64,000 bases of DNA, taken from contig NC_057753.1 of the NCBI RefSeq assembly GCF_004010195.1, forward strand, positions 6,137,520 to 6,201,519, read 5' to 3'. Shown piece after piece: positions 62,991-64,000 of the stretch; position 1 is the first letter of the stretch, and every line of letters begins with the position of its first letter. Both the position numbers and the translations under genes were made by a program. The notes beneath the pieces were generated by a model, which ran no database searches, was not told the DNA's origin, and saw nothing but the letters and a program-made list of their open reading frames with translations. Source of the stretch: Chiloscyllium plagiosum (lineage: Eukaryota).

Positions 62991-63496
62991 GAGTGTCTGA
63001 TGCACAGGCAATTTAGAATTTCCAAATTCGGGCTTTCAGCTGAAGATCTCATCCAATCCCAGGGAGATTGTGCTGTCTCGAAGGGTTTTTGAACACATGA
63101 TGATTTATTTAACATGAGGCATTGCAGATCCGAGAATTTGGATCGGATATAGAGACAGAACAAATTCAGCTTAGTGTCCAAACTTGTGGGGAAGGAAATT
63201 CTGCGAGGATCCTAATGGGTAAGTTTCTGATTCTGGTCTGAATCGTTTCCTTTGATGTCTAAATCATAAACGGTACCAAACTGGCGAAGGCTCTGGTCCA
63301 TGGTTCTTAAGCATGCCATTGGCACATTGAGAGGTCATGCTGCACAGCCTGACAATGTTGATGTATGATTGAAATTTTAAGTGAGTTTGCAGAAAATCCT
63401 CACTCTATGTAATCTTTACAAATTTTTAAAGTGGAGCTATTGGCTGCTTTATTTTGTTCATCACCATGTTCTACTTTATTCATTTTCCTTATATTC

Positions 63497-63682
63497 ATAG
63501 AATCGCTACAGTGTTGAAACAAGTCCACACCGACCCTCCGAAGAGCAACCTACCTAGACCCATACAACTTCCCTATAATTCTACATGTTCATGAACCATT
63601 ATACATAACGTACACATCCCTGAACACTATAGGGAATTGTATATGGCCGGTTCATCTAAGCTGCACACTTTTGGGATTATGT
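63497..63682 (-). mobile_element. Partial HE1-type SINE
   Basis: ctacagtgttgaaacaagtccacaccgaccctccgaagagcaacc. Confidence 0.75.
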
Positions 63683-63744
63683 TGTAAGGAGATGTAAACA
63701 AAACAAAAAAGATAAAGAGCACTGTAGTTGTGATTGCAGAAATA

Positions 63745-64000
63745 GGATATAGAACATAGAACAGTACAGGTCCTTCAACCCAAGATGTTGTGCCGAGCCT
63801 TTAACAAAATCTAATATGATCCCATCCTACACATCACTCACATTGCTGTCATCAATATAGTTGTCTACACATCACTCAAATTGCTGTCATCAACATAGTT
63901 GTCCTGCAGTGGTTTAAATGTTCCTAAAGACATTGAGTCTACTACCACCGATGGCAGAGCATTCAACGCACCCACGGCCCTCTGAATAAAGAATCTACAT
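63745..64000 (-). mobile_element. CR1-type LINE 3' end, continuing past the window
   Basis: atagaacatagaacagtacag tail; reverse FFIQRAVGALNALP. Confidence 0.7.

Overview
This is repeat-dense vertebrate DNA, almost certainly from an elasmobranch (shark or ray), judged from many HE1/V-SINE copies and their partner CR1-type LINEs. The only host protein-coding content I can support is part of a tandem cluster of two-exon GPR139/GPR142-like class-A GPCR genes on the + strand. One gene is seen as an intact terminal exon (10641-11548). A second paralogue is seen only as a 67-nt first coding exon (57443-57509) that the ORF track misses. The rest is layered mobile DNA: CR1 LINEs (one near full length, with zinc finger/esterase ORF1 and APE-RT ORF2), Penelope-like elements with minimal hammerhead-ribozyme motifs, two decayed Gmr1-type Gypsy elements (integrase before RT, SCAN-like gag), solo LTRs, Rex1/Babar-like fragments, SINEs and degenerate tandem repeats. 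There are two assembly gaps. Unexplained signals include a ~1.8 kb decayed reading frame of unknown identity, an orphan exon-like segment, a 20-bp-arm palindrome and a 45-bp templated insertion. Family assignments come from motif recognition only; no searches were run, and repeat boundaries are approximate unless a TSD is given.
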